Source of the DNA: Octopus bimaculoides
Lineage: Eukaryota
DNA length: 59,529 bases
Reading direction: 5' to 3'
Assembly: GCF_001194135.2 (NCBI RefSeq)
Contig: NC_068981.1
Location: 110,185,846 to 110,245,374, forward strand
The notes beneath the pieces were generated by a model, which searched no databases, was not told the origin of the DNA, and saw only the letters and a list, made by a program, of their open reading frames with translations. Of this stretch, positions 1-12,620 are shown in pieces. Both the position numbers and the translations under genes were made by a program. Position 1 is the stretch's first letter. Each line of letters begins with the position of its first letter.

Positions 1-190
1 TTTCGTGCGGGTGACACGTAAAAGCACCCACTACACTCTCTGAGTGGTTGGCGCTAGGAAGGGCATCCAGCTGTAGAAACTCTGCCAAATCAGACTGGAG
101 CCTGGTGTTGCCATCCGGTTTCACCAGTCCTCAGTCAAATCGTCCAACCCATGCTAGCATGGAAAGCGGACGTTAAACGATGATGATGAT
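1..190 (+). mobile_element. RTE LINE 3' UTR/tail fragment (young subfamily)
   Basis: Ends in cgttaaacga(tga)n. Near-identical to 24905-25020 and to the reverse complement of the tails at 22879 and 28745. Confidence 0.85.
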
Positions 191-609
191 TTCATTAACC
201 AATCATCAGTAAGGCAAACAATGTCATAATATTCTCGTATTTCTCTTTCTAATTTCATTTGTAATCATTAGGAAGATATAAAGCATTTTTTTAAAAGAGT
301 ACTTTTTATTTTGCTTGAATACATTCCAGTTGGTTTTATTTTTAATCATTGCATTTGCAAATTAATTGCTCCTGTATCTTCTGTTTTAAAGATTCTTAAG
401 CCATTCATTTTACCTGATTGTTATTGAGTAAAGAATTTAACCTATATTTGTTTGTGGTTGTTAGGATTGTTGGTCCTTGTGTCAGCAAGCTTTTGCAATA
501 ATTTTCCTGAAAATTATCTCTACTCAAAAGAGAAAAAATGAGCACCTATCTTAATCTATAATCACTACCAAAATTCCTTCCACTTATCTGTTTGTGAGTA
601 GCAATATTA

Positions 610-1332
610 TTATTACCTCTGCCAAGGAAGGAGGTTATGTTTTCATCGGCGTTGGTTTATCTGTCCCTCTGTGTGCAAAATAACCCAAAAAGCTGTTAAC
701 GGTACTTGGTGAAACTTACAGGAAAAGTTGGTAATGACACAAGGAACAGATAATGAAATTTTGGTAGGGATCCAGGAATTTTTATGGATTCTTGAAGGAT
801 TTTTCATTTGTTATATTTACTTTACATGAAGTATTACAATGTTACGTTCTTTCAAGTCTTTCTTTGATTATCTCCCTTGAAAACACGTTCATGGTTTTCA
901 CGTAACCTATGGTGGCGTTGCAGTTTCCAAAGTTTTATTTTCGTTTCTCTATTAGTAATTTTACTCGCATATGTATCTTACTAGAAACTGATTGATAAAG
1001 AGATCAAACTACATAAACAAACGGCAGCGAAGCAGTTCAGAAATTAGATGACACTAACATATTCAAGGGTTGCTAGAAGCAGCAGAGGAGGAGGCAGTGG
1101 TAGCAACAACTGCTGTTGTCATTGATGTATTATAACTGCTTCAGATGATTCCTGTTTTTAGAGGGTTTTTTTTTTTAAATCATAAGGCCGTGTTATTTTT
1201 TTTTACCCCGCCAAGGAAGTTATGTTTTTGCCGGCATTGGTTTGGGAAATTGGGCAAATTTCAGCTTGCGTGTATATGGGTGGAAATGAGCTGCTTAGCG
1301 GAGGTCTGCGCTCTCTGGGTGCTTTTCTAGTT
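610..1332 (+). mobile_element. Helentron-type non-autonomous element (HINE/DINE-1-like)
   Basis: 5' ttattacctctgccaagg...gttatgttt; complementary sub-terminal repeat cttagcggagg near 1294; then hairpin gcgctc..gggtgc and terminal ttttCTAGtt (CTAG 1327-1330). The 5' motif recurs at ~1200. Confidence 0.65.
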
Positions 1333-1749
1333 ATTAATATAATTATTCTTTCAAGTCAGATTTTACTTTGTTTATTTTGAGATAGAGAAAAAAGCTGAAT
1401 GTATAAATTGACTCCCAATTCTTTTAAAAGCTATTAATTTACATTACTAAAAGTTATTTTAAAACTGAATTGTGTGTGTGTGTGTAAAATACAACTGGTT
1501 ATATTGTTGTTTATTTCATTGCTTTATTTTCTTCATAAAATTGAAATGGAGTTCTGCTTCTTGAGGAGAAGTGAAAATAATTACTTTCATCCATAATTAA
1601 GAGAAGAAAAGGAATGCACAGTTAATGAAAAGAAAATGTTCAAAATATGTATAAGTGTGTGTTTGTTAGAGAATGAGAGACAGACAGACACAGAGAGACA
1701 GACACAGGCAGGCAAGCAATTGCACTTCTTTGATTATGACTAGTGTAGA

Positions 1750-2480
1750 GAACAAATTGATACTGTATTGAAATTGCAGAATTCTTGGTTTAAAATGCTG
1801 CAAAGACTTGGATTTTAATTCTTACTTTTGTTGAAGTTCCTCAAATCCTGAATAATCTTTGTGCTTGTCCATTGTCTTAGTCTCTTATAAAACAACTATA
1901 AAAGAAGTCTACTCTTCAGATCTTGCCAGCTGCATCCACTTTAAATCATTACATCCATTTCATTTCAAGCTCTGTAAAATTTCTCATTTTCCCTGAAATT
2001 TTGTACCAAATCAGTTTGAGAATAAAGCCTTTTTGAAATCTTTTCAGTACACTGGCACTTTGTCTAATATCTTAATCATTTGTTTTTCTTTTTATATTTC
2101 TAATCTGAAAAGGCTTCCACAAGCTGGAGGTGTGTCTTAATCCACTTACAGCTATGAACATTTCTGATATGGTTGTATGCTCATGTTTCAATTTAGTGCA
2201 ATCATTTCTAGCAAGATTTCTAATAAGAGAAAATTTTCCTCAATTTTACATTATTTGTAAAAACCGAACCCTTAGCCATGCTGGAGTTTATACAATGAGG
2301 GGAGAGAGATAGCTTTGTCGACAGATAAAATAGTGCAATAGGCGGTTACTAATCCAATAGAGGAAATCTGAGTGGAACCCATAAGCTGGCAGTTTTGAAA
2401 GGAGATTCACTTGCCAGACAAGATCAAAAGCTTTGCTGATGACAGAGGAGAGTAAAGGAGAATGTGAATGTGATGTCATC
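1750..2480 (-). mobile_element. Decayed CR1/L2-type LINE RT fragment
   Basis: ORF 2288-2479(-) reads ISKAFDLVWQVNLLSKLPAYG...WI, the SKAFD-VWH-LL-KL-YG RT motif. A decayed INSGVPQGS-like segment follows. Confidence 0.65.
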
Positions 2481-5052
2481 TGAGGCTGTGTTTATGTTTT
2501 GAGGAAGTATGCGAAGGTCATATGTATACAGGTTGAAATATGTGTGGGAGAGGACAAGTCCTTGTACTACTTCAGGAGAAATAGGAGGAATTGCAAATTT
2601 TGGAATTGTTGTTTTCCTGCACTACACGAACAGTTAAGCTGCAAGTTTGTACTGTTTCTTAAAGCGGTCTTGGGTATTTTGTCTATAAAGGAATAGCATT
2701 GACTGGAGTTGAAAGTTTCACTGGGTGTGTTTCCCTTCTTTGGTTTTGAAACTGTTCTGTATGTTCTGTTTGGTAGTGCAGTGGATAGCTGTAATTCAAA
2801 TGAAAGATGAAGAGTCTCTGATATATTACTCATGTTTTTGTAGTGTTTCAGATTTATAATTTTCCCAGTTTCCAGATTCTGAAGTTTTGTTATCAGAAGT
2901 TGTAAGCCTTGAGGAGTGCAGCAGTCCCTTCAGGCTCTAGGTATTTTAAGTGTAGGTTATGTTTTTGTCAGGCCATTAGACTTTTGAGTTTACATATTTC
3001 CATTTTGCTTTTTTGGCATCTGATGGCAGGAAAGGTTCAGAATACGGTTTCAGTGGAATGTGCATTTTTATAATTTTGTAATACCCTCTTATTTGTTGTG
3101 TATTTTGGTGACTGATTTTTAACAAATGCCTGATAAGGGTCTTTGTTTTGTGTTGCAGGGTGGTTATTTTATTTGAAAAATCTATTTGCATTGGGTATTG
3201 TCTGGCTGCTGTTGTTGATGCTGCTAGATCTTCTATATGGTGTTTTACTGCTTGTATTGGGTACAAATATTTTCCAGTCATTTTCTTTCTTTTAAATTTA
3301 TAGAAGTGTTTTTATTTTGTTCATTCAATAATGACTGCATTGTTATGATAATAAATAGGTGAGCAGAAATGATTTGAAGACTGTTTGCCATATTAGCTGA
3401 ATGTGTCAAGCAGAAAATAATGTCTGACAAACAGGTGTTGTAATTGACATGTATGTGGGTTGTTTAGAATGTACAGAAAGTTGACTTACACTATTATCAT
3501 GCCTCCTAGTGTTGTCATATTGTTTTTGCACCAGGATGATTTATGAGCATTGCAGTTGCCCATACAACTAAAAAAACAATGTTTTTATGATATGCACACT
3601 ATTGAAGAAATTTAATAAATGTGTGTAATTAATTTATACTTAAATGAAATTACACTTTACGATTTTTTTCATTGCCACCTAAGTGCTCTTAAGAGCATTT
3701 TCACGAGAAGTCATCATTTCACTTTACTTTTCTCTTCTCCAAATTAATTAAATATGACATAAGCACTGTTGATGCAACTAGAGAAGCAAATAAGAATATA
3801 GAACAAAATAAAAAGTGTTAAGATTTCCTTATACTTGCATGTTTTATAGTAGTTTATGTTTGCTTTGATTGTTTCTTGAAAAAGTTATGTTAATAATTTT
3901 ATAAAATGTATAAAAGACAGCTTCTAGATATCTTGTATGATTTTTTTATGGCTCAAAGTACTTAATTAGATGGAAGTATGTTTCATAGATATCAATAAAT
4001 ATTATTCCCTTTGGAATAATATTACATAGTGGCTAGAAGGTTTCTTCTCTTTTCATTTCTTCTTTCTGTCTTTATTTCATTTAGAATGTTAGTATATCTC
4101 TTTCATATGAACTGATTGAATGTTTGAAATAATTTGTAATTTGTTATTTATCCCCATGGCTCTGACCTGTGTAATATGGAAAGTGAAATTAAACCACTAT
4201 CATTATTGCTAATTGTATTATTAATGTTCTTAATTTTTGAAATGCTTTAGGATTAAACTGTTTTTAAACAAGCAAAATATAATGAATTACTGTAACAAGG
4301 CTATTATTTTCATCATCACCAATATCTTCATCATTGTTTTAATGTTCTTTATTTTTCACATGAGAGATAATCTGTTGTATGAATTCTATTAAAGTTAAGC
4401 TCCTTTAGAGTAATATTATTATAGCCATCCTCTGCTCTTGTTACTTTCTGATAGGTTTAGATTAGACTTTTGTGGGTTGATGTATTGACAGGTTAAAATG
4501 TTACCCCTCTTCCTCTCCATCTAAAACAACTGCCATTTAGGATACTTTGAAAACGATTTTAGAGCAACAACTTTCACCTTTGTTACTTGACATTTCTTAT
4601 GTTCATATATCTGAACTATATGTACACAAAGGGATTATTCATAAAATTTGGTCTATTTATTTGCATGATGTTTTGTATTATTTTAGTTACTCAAAATATA
4701 ATTGATTTCAAAATTGAGAAGTAGGAGAAACATCGATGTTTTACCATATTTGTGGCTTATCAATATCATGTTCCCCAAAAGGATTGGAGATGAATCATAT
4801 CACCAGTCCATAATTTATATGCATATAGTGTGAAACCTATGTGCTGGTATGCCCAGACACAATGCAAATATAATAAATTCATATATGAAATAGAAGCAGA
4901 GCTAGTGTAATAAACATTATCAAGCATATATACTTAATGTATACACTTTGTGTATTTGCCGGTAGGCTGTGATTTGGTATGGTGGTGAATACTCTCTCAA
5001 AACACTGGTTGTTAAAACACCTGAAAGTCATGGACAGGTGAGATAACTCACC

Positions 5053-5055
<3 letters not shown>

Positions 5056-5093
<38 letters not shown>
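5056..5093. repeat. (TA)n microsatellite
   Basis: Direct reading. Confidence 0.95.
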
Positions 5094-5097
<4 letters not shown>

Positions 5098-5261
5098 ATC
5101 CTTTGATGTAACAACTATAAAGCTTGAAACACGTGTACCGCAGAATCCTTTGTGTTTTTGTTTTTATTTTTTGCATTTACAATTTATTCTTTTACCTCAA
5201 CCACGAGCTGGTATACACAGGTGCTTGCAATTATCAAGTATTGCCTCAAACATTTACTTTA

Positions 5262-5263
<2 letters not shown>

Positions 5264-5300
<37 letters not shown>
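5264..5300. repeat. (TA)n microsatellite
   Basis: Direct reading. Confidence 0.95.
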
Positions 5301-5303
<3 letters not shown>

Positions 5304-5489
5304 AAAAAAAAAACTTAAGATCCCTTTGCTCGATCCCACTCTCACTCTATTTAACTCTCTTTCATGCTCATTTATTACTGTCATTTATTCATTCATTTAT
5401 CTAATTTTGTCATAGTTTGGCTGGCTGCAAACTCTTGCTTATAGTTCTAGTATTTTAAGGATTCAAATTCTATCTCAGTATTATCATCA

Positions 5490-7790
5490 GTATTCTCTCA
5501 CACCGGCAGCCTGACTTTTTGCATGGAGAAGAAGGGTCTGGAAGCTTAAGTATCCTACAAATGGACAGAGATTTAGAGACGTATTACTCGAAGCTTTTGA
5601 CAAAATAGAGGGGGATATAGCATCACATGATGTGGAAGAGAACTGGAAGTTTCTACAGGACAACATGTTGAGAGCTACTGACCAGATCTGTGAATGGTGC
5701 AAAGTCCCAACCAGACCTAGGGTAACATGGTGGTGGAACAATGTAGTTGACAGAGCCATTAGGGAAAAGAAACAGGTATGGAAATACTGGAAGAACGGTG
5801 GTGGCAAAGAATTGTATCAGATTACCAGAAGGGAAGCTAGGAGACAGGTTTACTTAGCCAGAGAGGAAGCAGATAAAAAATAAAATTTGCTAATGTTCTG
5901 CATTGTGAGGACCAAAGGCTTGAAGTGTTTCATGTTGCAAGACTGAGTGTGAGAGAGGATTGTGATGTCATAGTAGAGAAATGTGTCTGCATGGATGATG
6001 GCTCACTTGCATTTAATGCGACTGCAAGGAGAGAGACTTGGAGACACCACTATGAAAGGTTTCTAAATGAAGAGAATGAATGGGAGAAAGAAAGTCTGCT
6101 GAGAGTCCGACAGAGGGACCAGAATTGACAGTACCTTGGTAGATAAAGCAATTAAGGGTATGAAGACAGGGAAAGCCCCCAGCCCGTCAGGAATCGCCAC
6201 AGAGATGCTTAAAATATCTGGCGGTGTCAGCTATAGTCTAATCAACTGTATAGTCAATCAGGTGATACATGAAGGATTCATACCCAATGACTGGTGTAGC
6301 AGCACCGTCAGCTATAGTCTAATCAACTGTATAGTCAATCAGGTGATACTTGAAGGAGTCATACCCAATGACTGGTGTAGCAGCACCATAGTCAATTGCT
6401 ATAAGAGTAAAGGTGATGCATTAGATAAGAATAATTACAGAGGTATCAAGTTGTTGGATCAGGTAATGAAAGTCTTGGAGAGGGTCATAGCCCAACTAAT
6501 TAGAAAGAGAGTCAATTTAGACAAGATGCAGTTTGGGTTTGTGCCAGGGAAAAGCACCACTGATGCTATATTTCTGGGAAGACAGCTGCAGGAGAAATAC
6601 CTAGCCAAAGATAAACCTCTGTACCTGGCTATCCCTAGTTTCCACATTGACCACTTAATGATTTGTGAGAGCTGTACAAGCCATGTACAGGGATGCTATC
6701 AGTAAGGGGAGGGTTGGCAACGAGTATAGTGAAGAATTATAGTTAGGCGTAGGGGTACACCAAGGATCAGTCCTCAGCCACCTCTTATCATAGTCCTCCA
6801 GGCAATAACAGAGGAATTCAAGACAGAATGCTCCTGGGAGCTTCTCTATGCTGATGACCTTGCTCTAATATTCGAGTCACTTCCATTACCTAGGTGACCA
6901 AGTCAGTCGTGGGGATGGATGCTCTGAGAGTGAAGCTGCTAAAATAAGAATATCAAAGAGAGAGCTCCTATCTCTGCTGGTGACAAAGGGCCTCTCGCTC
7001 AGAGTAAAAGGTAGACTGTATGACGCATGTGTGCCAACAGCCATGCTACATGGCAGTGAAATGTGGGCTTTGACTGCTGAAGACATGCATAAGCTTGCAA
7101 GGAATAAAGCCAGTATGCTCTGCTGGATGTGTAATGTCAGTGTACATACATGACAGCATGTAAGCACCCTGAGAGAACAGTTGGACATAAGAACCATCAG
7201 ATGTGGTGTGCAAGAGAGAGGTCTGCACTGGTATGGTCATGTATTTTGTATGGATGAGGACAGCTGTGTGAAAAAGTGTTACACCCTAGCAGTAGAGGGA
7301 ACCTGTGGAAGAGGTTGACCCACGAAGACCTGGGATGAGGTGGTGATGCACGACCTTCGAACATTGGACCTCACCAAGGCGATGACAAGTGACCAAGACC
7401 TTTGGAGATATGCTGTGCCTGAGAAGACCTGGCAAGCCAAGTGAGACCGTAACCGTGGCCTATGCAAGTGCAGCATAACTAGCCCATTTAAGAGTACCCT
7501 TCAATCATTGGCCAATAAACTGTGCTTGCAAAGTCCTGTTGAGGCAAGTGAAGTCGTTGTCGTGGCCGATGACAGTATTGCCTGATTGGCACCCATGTCA
7601 GTGACACGTAAAAAGCACCATTCGAGTGTGATCATTGCCAGTGCTGCCTGACTGGCTCCCGAGCCAGTGGCAAGTAAAAAGCACCATTCAAGCATGGTTG
7701 ATGCCAGTACTGTCTGACTGGCCCTTGTGTCAGTGGCACATAAAAAGCACCCACTACACTCTTGGAGTGGTTGGCATTAAACGAAGTGCT
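5490..7790 (+). mobile_element. 5'-truncated, frameshifted RTE LINE (RT region plus part of 3' UTR)
   Basis: ORFs 5632-6705 carry KTGKAPSPSG, NYRGIKLL and MQFGFVPGKSTTDAIF; YADD is at ~6847. The 3' UTR matches the other copies but stops at ~7790 without a (GAT)n tail. Confidence 0.92.
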
Positions 7791-8761
7791 TGTTTCTCAC
7801 TATCAATATCTTTTTGGCACTTTCACAGAAACTTACTGCTATGGTAGTCCTGATCGCCACCTCGTTCTTCTTTATGTAGCATATGGTGCTTTTGTTGACA
7901 ACACAATAGTGACCTATTGCAGCATAACTTTTACCTGCCTGGAACATATCCAACAGTTGTACCTTCTCATGGAGTGTTATAACCCTTTTCTAGTGCTTAG
8001 GTTCACTGCCAGAAGCCTTGAAAGGTGTAGGGTGTTTGGGCGGCATCTTAAGACTTTAATAATATACTGCGAAAAACACAACACTCAACAAAATACCAGA
8101 GATAGCTACTGGACACAGTTTTTCCAACCAAAAAACCTACAAAAAGAATCTTCATTGTGTCTAATATGTGCATACCACCATTGGGAGATTGAGCAGAGAT
8201 TAAAAATAATCATGGTTTTGAAAAATTTAGTTTGTATTACCACTAGATACAGTAATCTATACTATTATAAAAAGAGGGGGGTTGAGGAGAGAGAGAGAGA
8301 GAAGGACCAGCAAGTAACCTAATTTTAATGAGGCTATATTGGCTTATGACCTTAATATCCTGTTGAAATAAACAGTGTGTATGATCAAATGTAGCGATGA
8401 TTTTTAAAAAAAGCGCTGGATGTCGCTATACTAATTAGCAAGCTTTTATTGAAAGCAGGAATAAGAGATACAAGATACAGTGTACTTCTTTCTAAAAAAA
8501 AGTCAAGCGACGTGTTGCGTGGTTATTCTAATCAGAGGGATCTTCAGCTGCGAAGGGGCGTCAAGTAAACCGGAAAATATGGTTTATTATTATTAATAGA
8601 GTAGCCTTAAAATGTGTGTAAAAGTATATATTGCCACGAAAAATGCCATAAAAAATCGAGGACAATATTTACAATATGCAGTTGTTTCCATGAACAATTA
8701 TTAGTTCTCCAAATAACCAGGACCACAAATGTTGAACTGGGAATAGGCGGGGAGTGCACTG
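7790..8761 (-). mobile_element. Tigger/pogo DNA transposon 5' fragment (TIR plus N-terminus of transposase)
   Basis: Minus strand starts TA|CAGTGCACTCCCCGCCTATTC at 8761. ATG at 8046 gives MPPKHPTPFKASGSEPKH*KRVITLHEKVQLLDMFQAGKSYAAIG...NKSTICYIKKNE, a CENP-B/psq-type HTH. Confidence 0.8.
8256..8600. mobile_element. Unclassified insertion within the Tigger 5' region
   Basis: CpG-richer block that begins TCTATACTATTATAAAA and ends ...ttattattaataga (TCTATTAATAATAA on the minus strand). Confidence 0.4.
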
Positions 8762-8854
8762 TATATGTACAAATATATAAAAATACACAATATGTATATA
8801 TGAAACCATCCCACCCTTGCTAGCTTGGAAGGCATGGATGATGATGATGTATGT

Positions 8855-9035
8855 GTGAAGGCACTACACTTGTGATTATAAGATTGTCATTTTGATTTGT
8901 TGTGTTCCTGTGCAAAACACTTCATTTCAAGTTGCTCCAGTTCTCTCAGCTGGCAAAAATGCGTAATCCTGTGATGGACCAGTGTTCCGTCCAGTGAGGT
9001 GGAACATATATGCCATAGAATCCAAGAAACTGGTC
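8855..9035 (+). mobile_element. Decayed SINE with V-domain-like core
   Basis: tgcaaaacacttcatttcaagttgctccagttctctcagctgg is homologous to the core of 17222-17552. Confidence 0.55.
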
Positions 9036-9066
9036 TTACAAGTCTCTGGTTTTGGAAGGACCCTTG

Positions 9067-9356
9067 ATAAAGAGTATAGAGACTTGTACATCCACAAGAT
9101 TTACAGTTTTATAGTTATATACAGCATATTGTAACAACCTACACATGTTTCGACTGCAGTGGCTACTCACTGTTGCAAATGCAACCTTGCAATGTTGTCG
9201 AGGATGATCCCTGATGAAATTGCACCAACAATATTGCAAGGTTGCATTTGCAACAATGAATAGTTGCTGCAGCAGAAACATGTGTAGGTCATTATAATAT
9301 GCTGTATATAACTATAAAATAAATTTTGTGGATGTACAAGTCTCCATACTCTTTAT
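9067..9356. repeat. ~290 bp foldback palindrome
   Basis: Arms 9067-9198 and 9228-9356 are reverse complements with scattered mismatches; the loop is 29 nt. Confidence 0.9.
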
Positions 9357-9366
9357 TATTTAATAT

Positions 9367-9577
9367 CTGGCAGAATCGTTAGCATGCCAGGTGAAATGCT
9401 TAGTGGTATTTTGTCTGTCCTTATGTTCTGAGTTCAAATTCTGCCAAGGTTGACTTTGCCTTTCATTCTTTCAGGGTTGATAAATTAAGTACCAGTTATG
9501 TAATGGGGTCGATCTTATCGACTGGTCCCCCTCCCCCAAAATTTCAGGCCTTGTGCCTATAGTAGAAAGGATTATTA
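9367..9577 (+). mobile_element. tRNA-derived SINE with Meta-like core
   Basis: Head ggcagaatcgttagc...gagttcaaattc; core gcctttcattctttcagggttgataaattaagtaccag. Confidence 0.7.
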
Positions 9578-11615
9578 ATATTAATATCTCCAGCCAATTT
9601 TTAGCAACCAGCAGTGAGTACACAGAATTATCCATCAGAAGAATTCACAGAGTGACTAACAACTAATTGTAGTCACAGATGTTAGATACTGATTGTTGTG
9701 GTTAGCTGTTAACAGGAACTTAAATGAGAGCTAATATGGTATCCGCCTGGATAATATATCCCTTCAAATTCACTTTTATACATCTATATTGACACTCCAA
9801 TAATACTTTTAATTGAACATTCCAGAAAAAGTTTTTGGTCACTCTAGATAAGAAAAGACTCCTAAATTTGAAGCTATCTTAATAAGTGCCATGCACGAAA
9901 CTCTTGATCTTTGAGTCACATTTGTAACTCTCTGCTAATTAGAAACAATATAAAAGTATGTGTATCATGTGTCTGCAATTGTGTTTGTATATTTGATATA
10001 ATACCACTTGTCAAACTGGAATTGTCTCAAAAGAAGCACAACTTAACCATCCAACAATTGGATATCAATAAAAGAGTTCCAAACATAGAATTGAATTTTG
10101 TCTTGGCTGCAATTGAATAACTAAAACAGTAAAAGAATACGAATTTGATTTGTCCTATTGTATGTAAGCTTTATATGTTTAAGATTTAATAAAATTTAAG
10201 TATCTGTAGAATCAGTCTTGTTTAAATACACCAGTAACACACACTGTTTAGGAATTTCTCTAATCTAAATTTTAAGTAGTGTCACTGGTTTCATTCAAAA
10301 CAAGCAATCCCTAACATTCTCTTAATTATTTTCTTTTATTCTTTACATCTAACAAAGTTCTTTTACTTAGCAAGCATCATATTCTGTTTCTACCTCTCCT
10401 GAAATACAAATTTATAGTATTATGTATGATACAAATGATAGTGTTGATAAGAGACTTTTTATAATATCTAGATACTAACTCTCATTCTTAATCTCCTAAA
10501 CAAGATTTAAGATTATAATCTCTTTACAGACCCCCCCCCCCAATCCCTTTATGATTTTCTCCTGCATTGTACTTATTGAAAGCCACATTGCAATTAAGCT
10601 AATTTCTATTGCCTTCCTCATGGTCCATAAAAGACTTAAAGTTAGCAGCACTTCAATTTTATGAAATTCTTTTCAGTGTTCTGGCTGCTTATAGCTATGA
10701 ATAACCACAATTGCTAGACTATGCTAGATGAAGGCTGTAAGGCGCATTTTGGCTATACACACAGTGTCAACATACAAGGTGTCAACTTTTTAATTTGGTG
10801 TCTAATGCCCTATCAACNNNNNNNNNNNNNNNNNNNNNNNNNNNNNNNNNNNNNNNNNNNNNNNNNNNNNNNNNNNNNNNNNNNNNNNNNNNNNNNNNNN
10901 NNNNNNNNNNNNNNNNNNNNNNNNNNNNNNNNNNNNNNNNNNNNNNNNNNNNNNNNNNNNNNNNNNNNNNNNNNNNNNNNNNNNNNNNNNNNNNNNNNNN
11001 NNNNNNNNNNNNNNNNNNNNNNNNNNNNNNNNNNNNNNNNNNNNNNNNNNNNNNNNNNNNNNNNNNNNNNNNNNNNNNNNNNNNNNNNNNNNNNNNNNNN
11101 NNNNNNNNNNNNNNNNNNNNNNNNNNNNNNNNNNNNNNNNNNNNNNNNNNNNNNNNNNNNNNNNNNNNNNNNNNNNNNNNNNNNNNNNNNNNNNNNNNNN
11201 NNNNNNNNNNNNNNNNNNNNNNNNNNNNNNNNNNNNNNNNNNNNNNNNNNNNNNNNNNNNNNNNNNNNNNNNNNNNNNNNNNNNNNNNNNNNNNNNNNNN
11301 NNNNNNNNNNNNNNNNNNNNNNNNNNNNNNNNNNNNNNNNNNNNNNNNNNNNNNNNNNNNNNNNNNNNNNNNNNNNNNNNNNNNNNNNNNNNNNNNNNNN
11401 NNNNNNNNNNNNNNNNNNNNNNNNNNNNNNNNNNNNNNNNNNNNNNNNNNNNNNNNNNNNNNNNNNNNNNNNNNNNNNNNNNNNNNNNNNNNNNNNNNNN
11501 NNNNNNNNNNNNNNNNNNNNNNNNNNNNNNNNNNNNNNNNNNNNNNNNNNNNNNNNNNNNNNNNNNNNNNNNNNNNNNNNNNNNNNNNNNNNNNNNNNNN
11601 NNNNNNNNNNNNNGT

Positions 11616-11714
11616 GAAGCAGCTGTTGCTGAACCCTTAATTATGTTTATAAATGTAGAAGAACTTTTAAACAAGTTCTTCACCGATAATGGTGTTTACA
11701 TACTGAAGGGCTTG
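11616..11714 (+). other. Candidate coding exon 3' part (5' end in N gap)
   Basis: 33 open codons, EAAVAEPLIMFINVEELLNKFFTDNGVYILKGL, then TTG|GTAAAA. Protein not recognised. Confidence 0.3.
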
Positions 11715-11783
11715 GTAAAAATTATTAATTGTTAATTTATTAATAAATTAATAAATTGATAATCATTTACCCTTTTAATTGTA

Positions 11784-11814
<31 letters not shown>

Positions 11815-11889
11815 CACACACACACACACATATATATATACACGCGTACACACACACACACACACACACACACGCGCGCGCATGTGTGT

Positions 11890-12105
11890 ATGTATCTTTG
11901 TGTTGTGTTTGTCCCCATCACTACTCAACAAATGGTGTTTGTTTCTTTATGTCCCTGGAACTCAGCAGAAAATGATAGAATAAATACCATACTTAAAAAA
12001 AAAAAAAAAGATACTGGGGTCAATTTATTCGACTAAACCCTTTGCGGCAGTACCCTTTTGTACTGTAGTTCATACACTGAAACAAGTAAAAAGATAAAAG
12101 ATAAA
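11890..12105 (+). mobile_element. Main Octopus-type SINE, 3' half
   Basis: gtgtttgtcccc...tactggggtcaatttattcgactaa...tgaaacaagtaaaaagataaaag, preceded by a (TA/CA/CG)n tract. Confidence 0.75.
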
Positions 12106-12620
12106 ACTGGTGATATTTGCATTTTATAACAATAAAATAAAACTTGTTTATATATTTCACCTACTTCATTGAATCTACCTGACATTTCATAGATGATATG
12201 TAGGTCACTCTCTGAGGCAAATTCCTTTTTATTCATCATCTCATGTAAATGTCGAAATTCACAAAATTTCATTCATGCTAGTTTAGGAAAGTAGATTTTT
12301 AGTAATTGATTCCTAAAATATTTAACCTCTCTATAGTATCTGATGAGTATCTCCATCTGAAATTGCCTTTATACATGAAAATTTGTTTTAAACTGAATAA
12401 AACTAGAACAATTCTATTTTGTTTTCTCCTTTTAACTAAATTTGTACTACAGCAGTAATAGTTTAATTGTGAAATATTATTTCCTTCTTTTGTGTGTTTC
12501 TTTTATTTATTCTAATATTTATCTTCCTTCTCTCCAGAATTATTACTAACATTTTTATTTAAATTGTTTGTAATTTATTATCACCATTTAATCATATCTG
12601 CTATAATTTCTTTCATATGA

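Noticed and set aside
100-135. CTGAGGA ctggt GAAA on the antisense of young RTE tails (also 22950, 24930, 28800)
   Set aside because: Only 5 nt between the core halves, so no stem II; antisense to the element.
2500-3290. Minus ORFs with IRGYYKIIKMHIPLKP, faintly like a PLE RT N-terminus
   Set aside because: Single weak motif; cannot be assigned without a profile search.
5100-5145. ttgatg...GAAACACGTGTA hammerhead-like remnant
   Set aside because: Core broken, with no stem I or stem II pairing.
10721-11683. Long ORFs spanning N runs (also 42643-43659, 55864-56255, 57458-58630)
   Set aside because: Artefacts of translating assembly gaps as X.
12335-12375. CTGATGA...GAAA spacing at 12340
   Set aside because: Neither stem II nor stem III can form.
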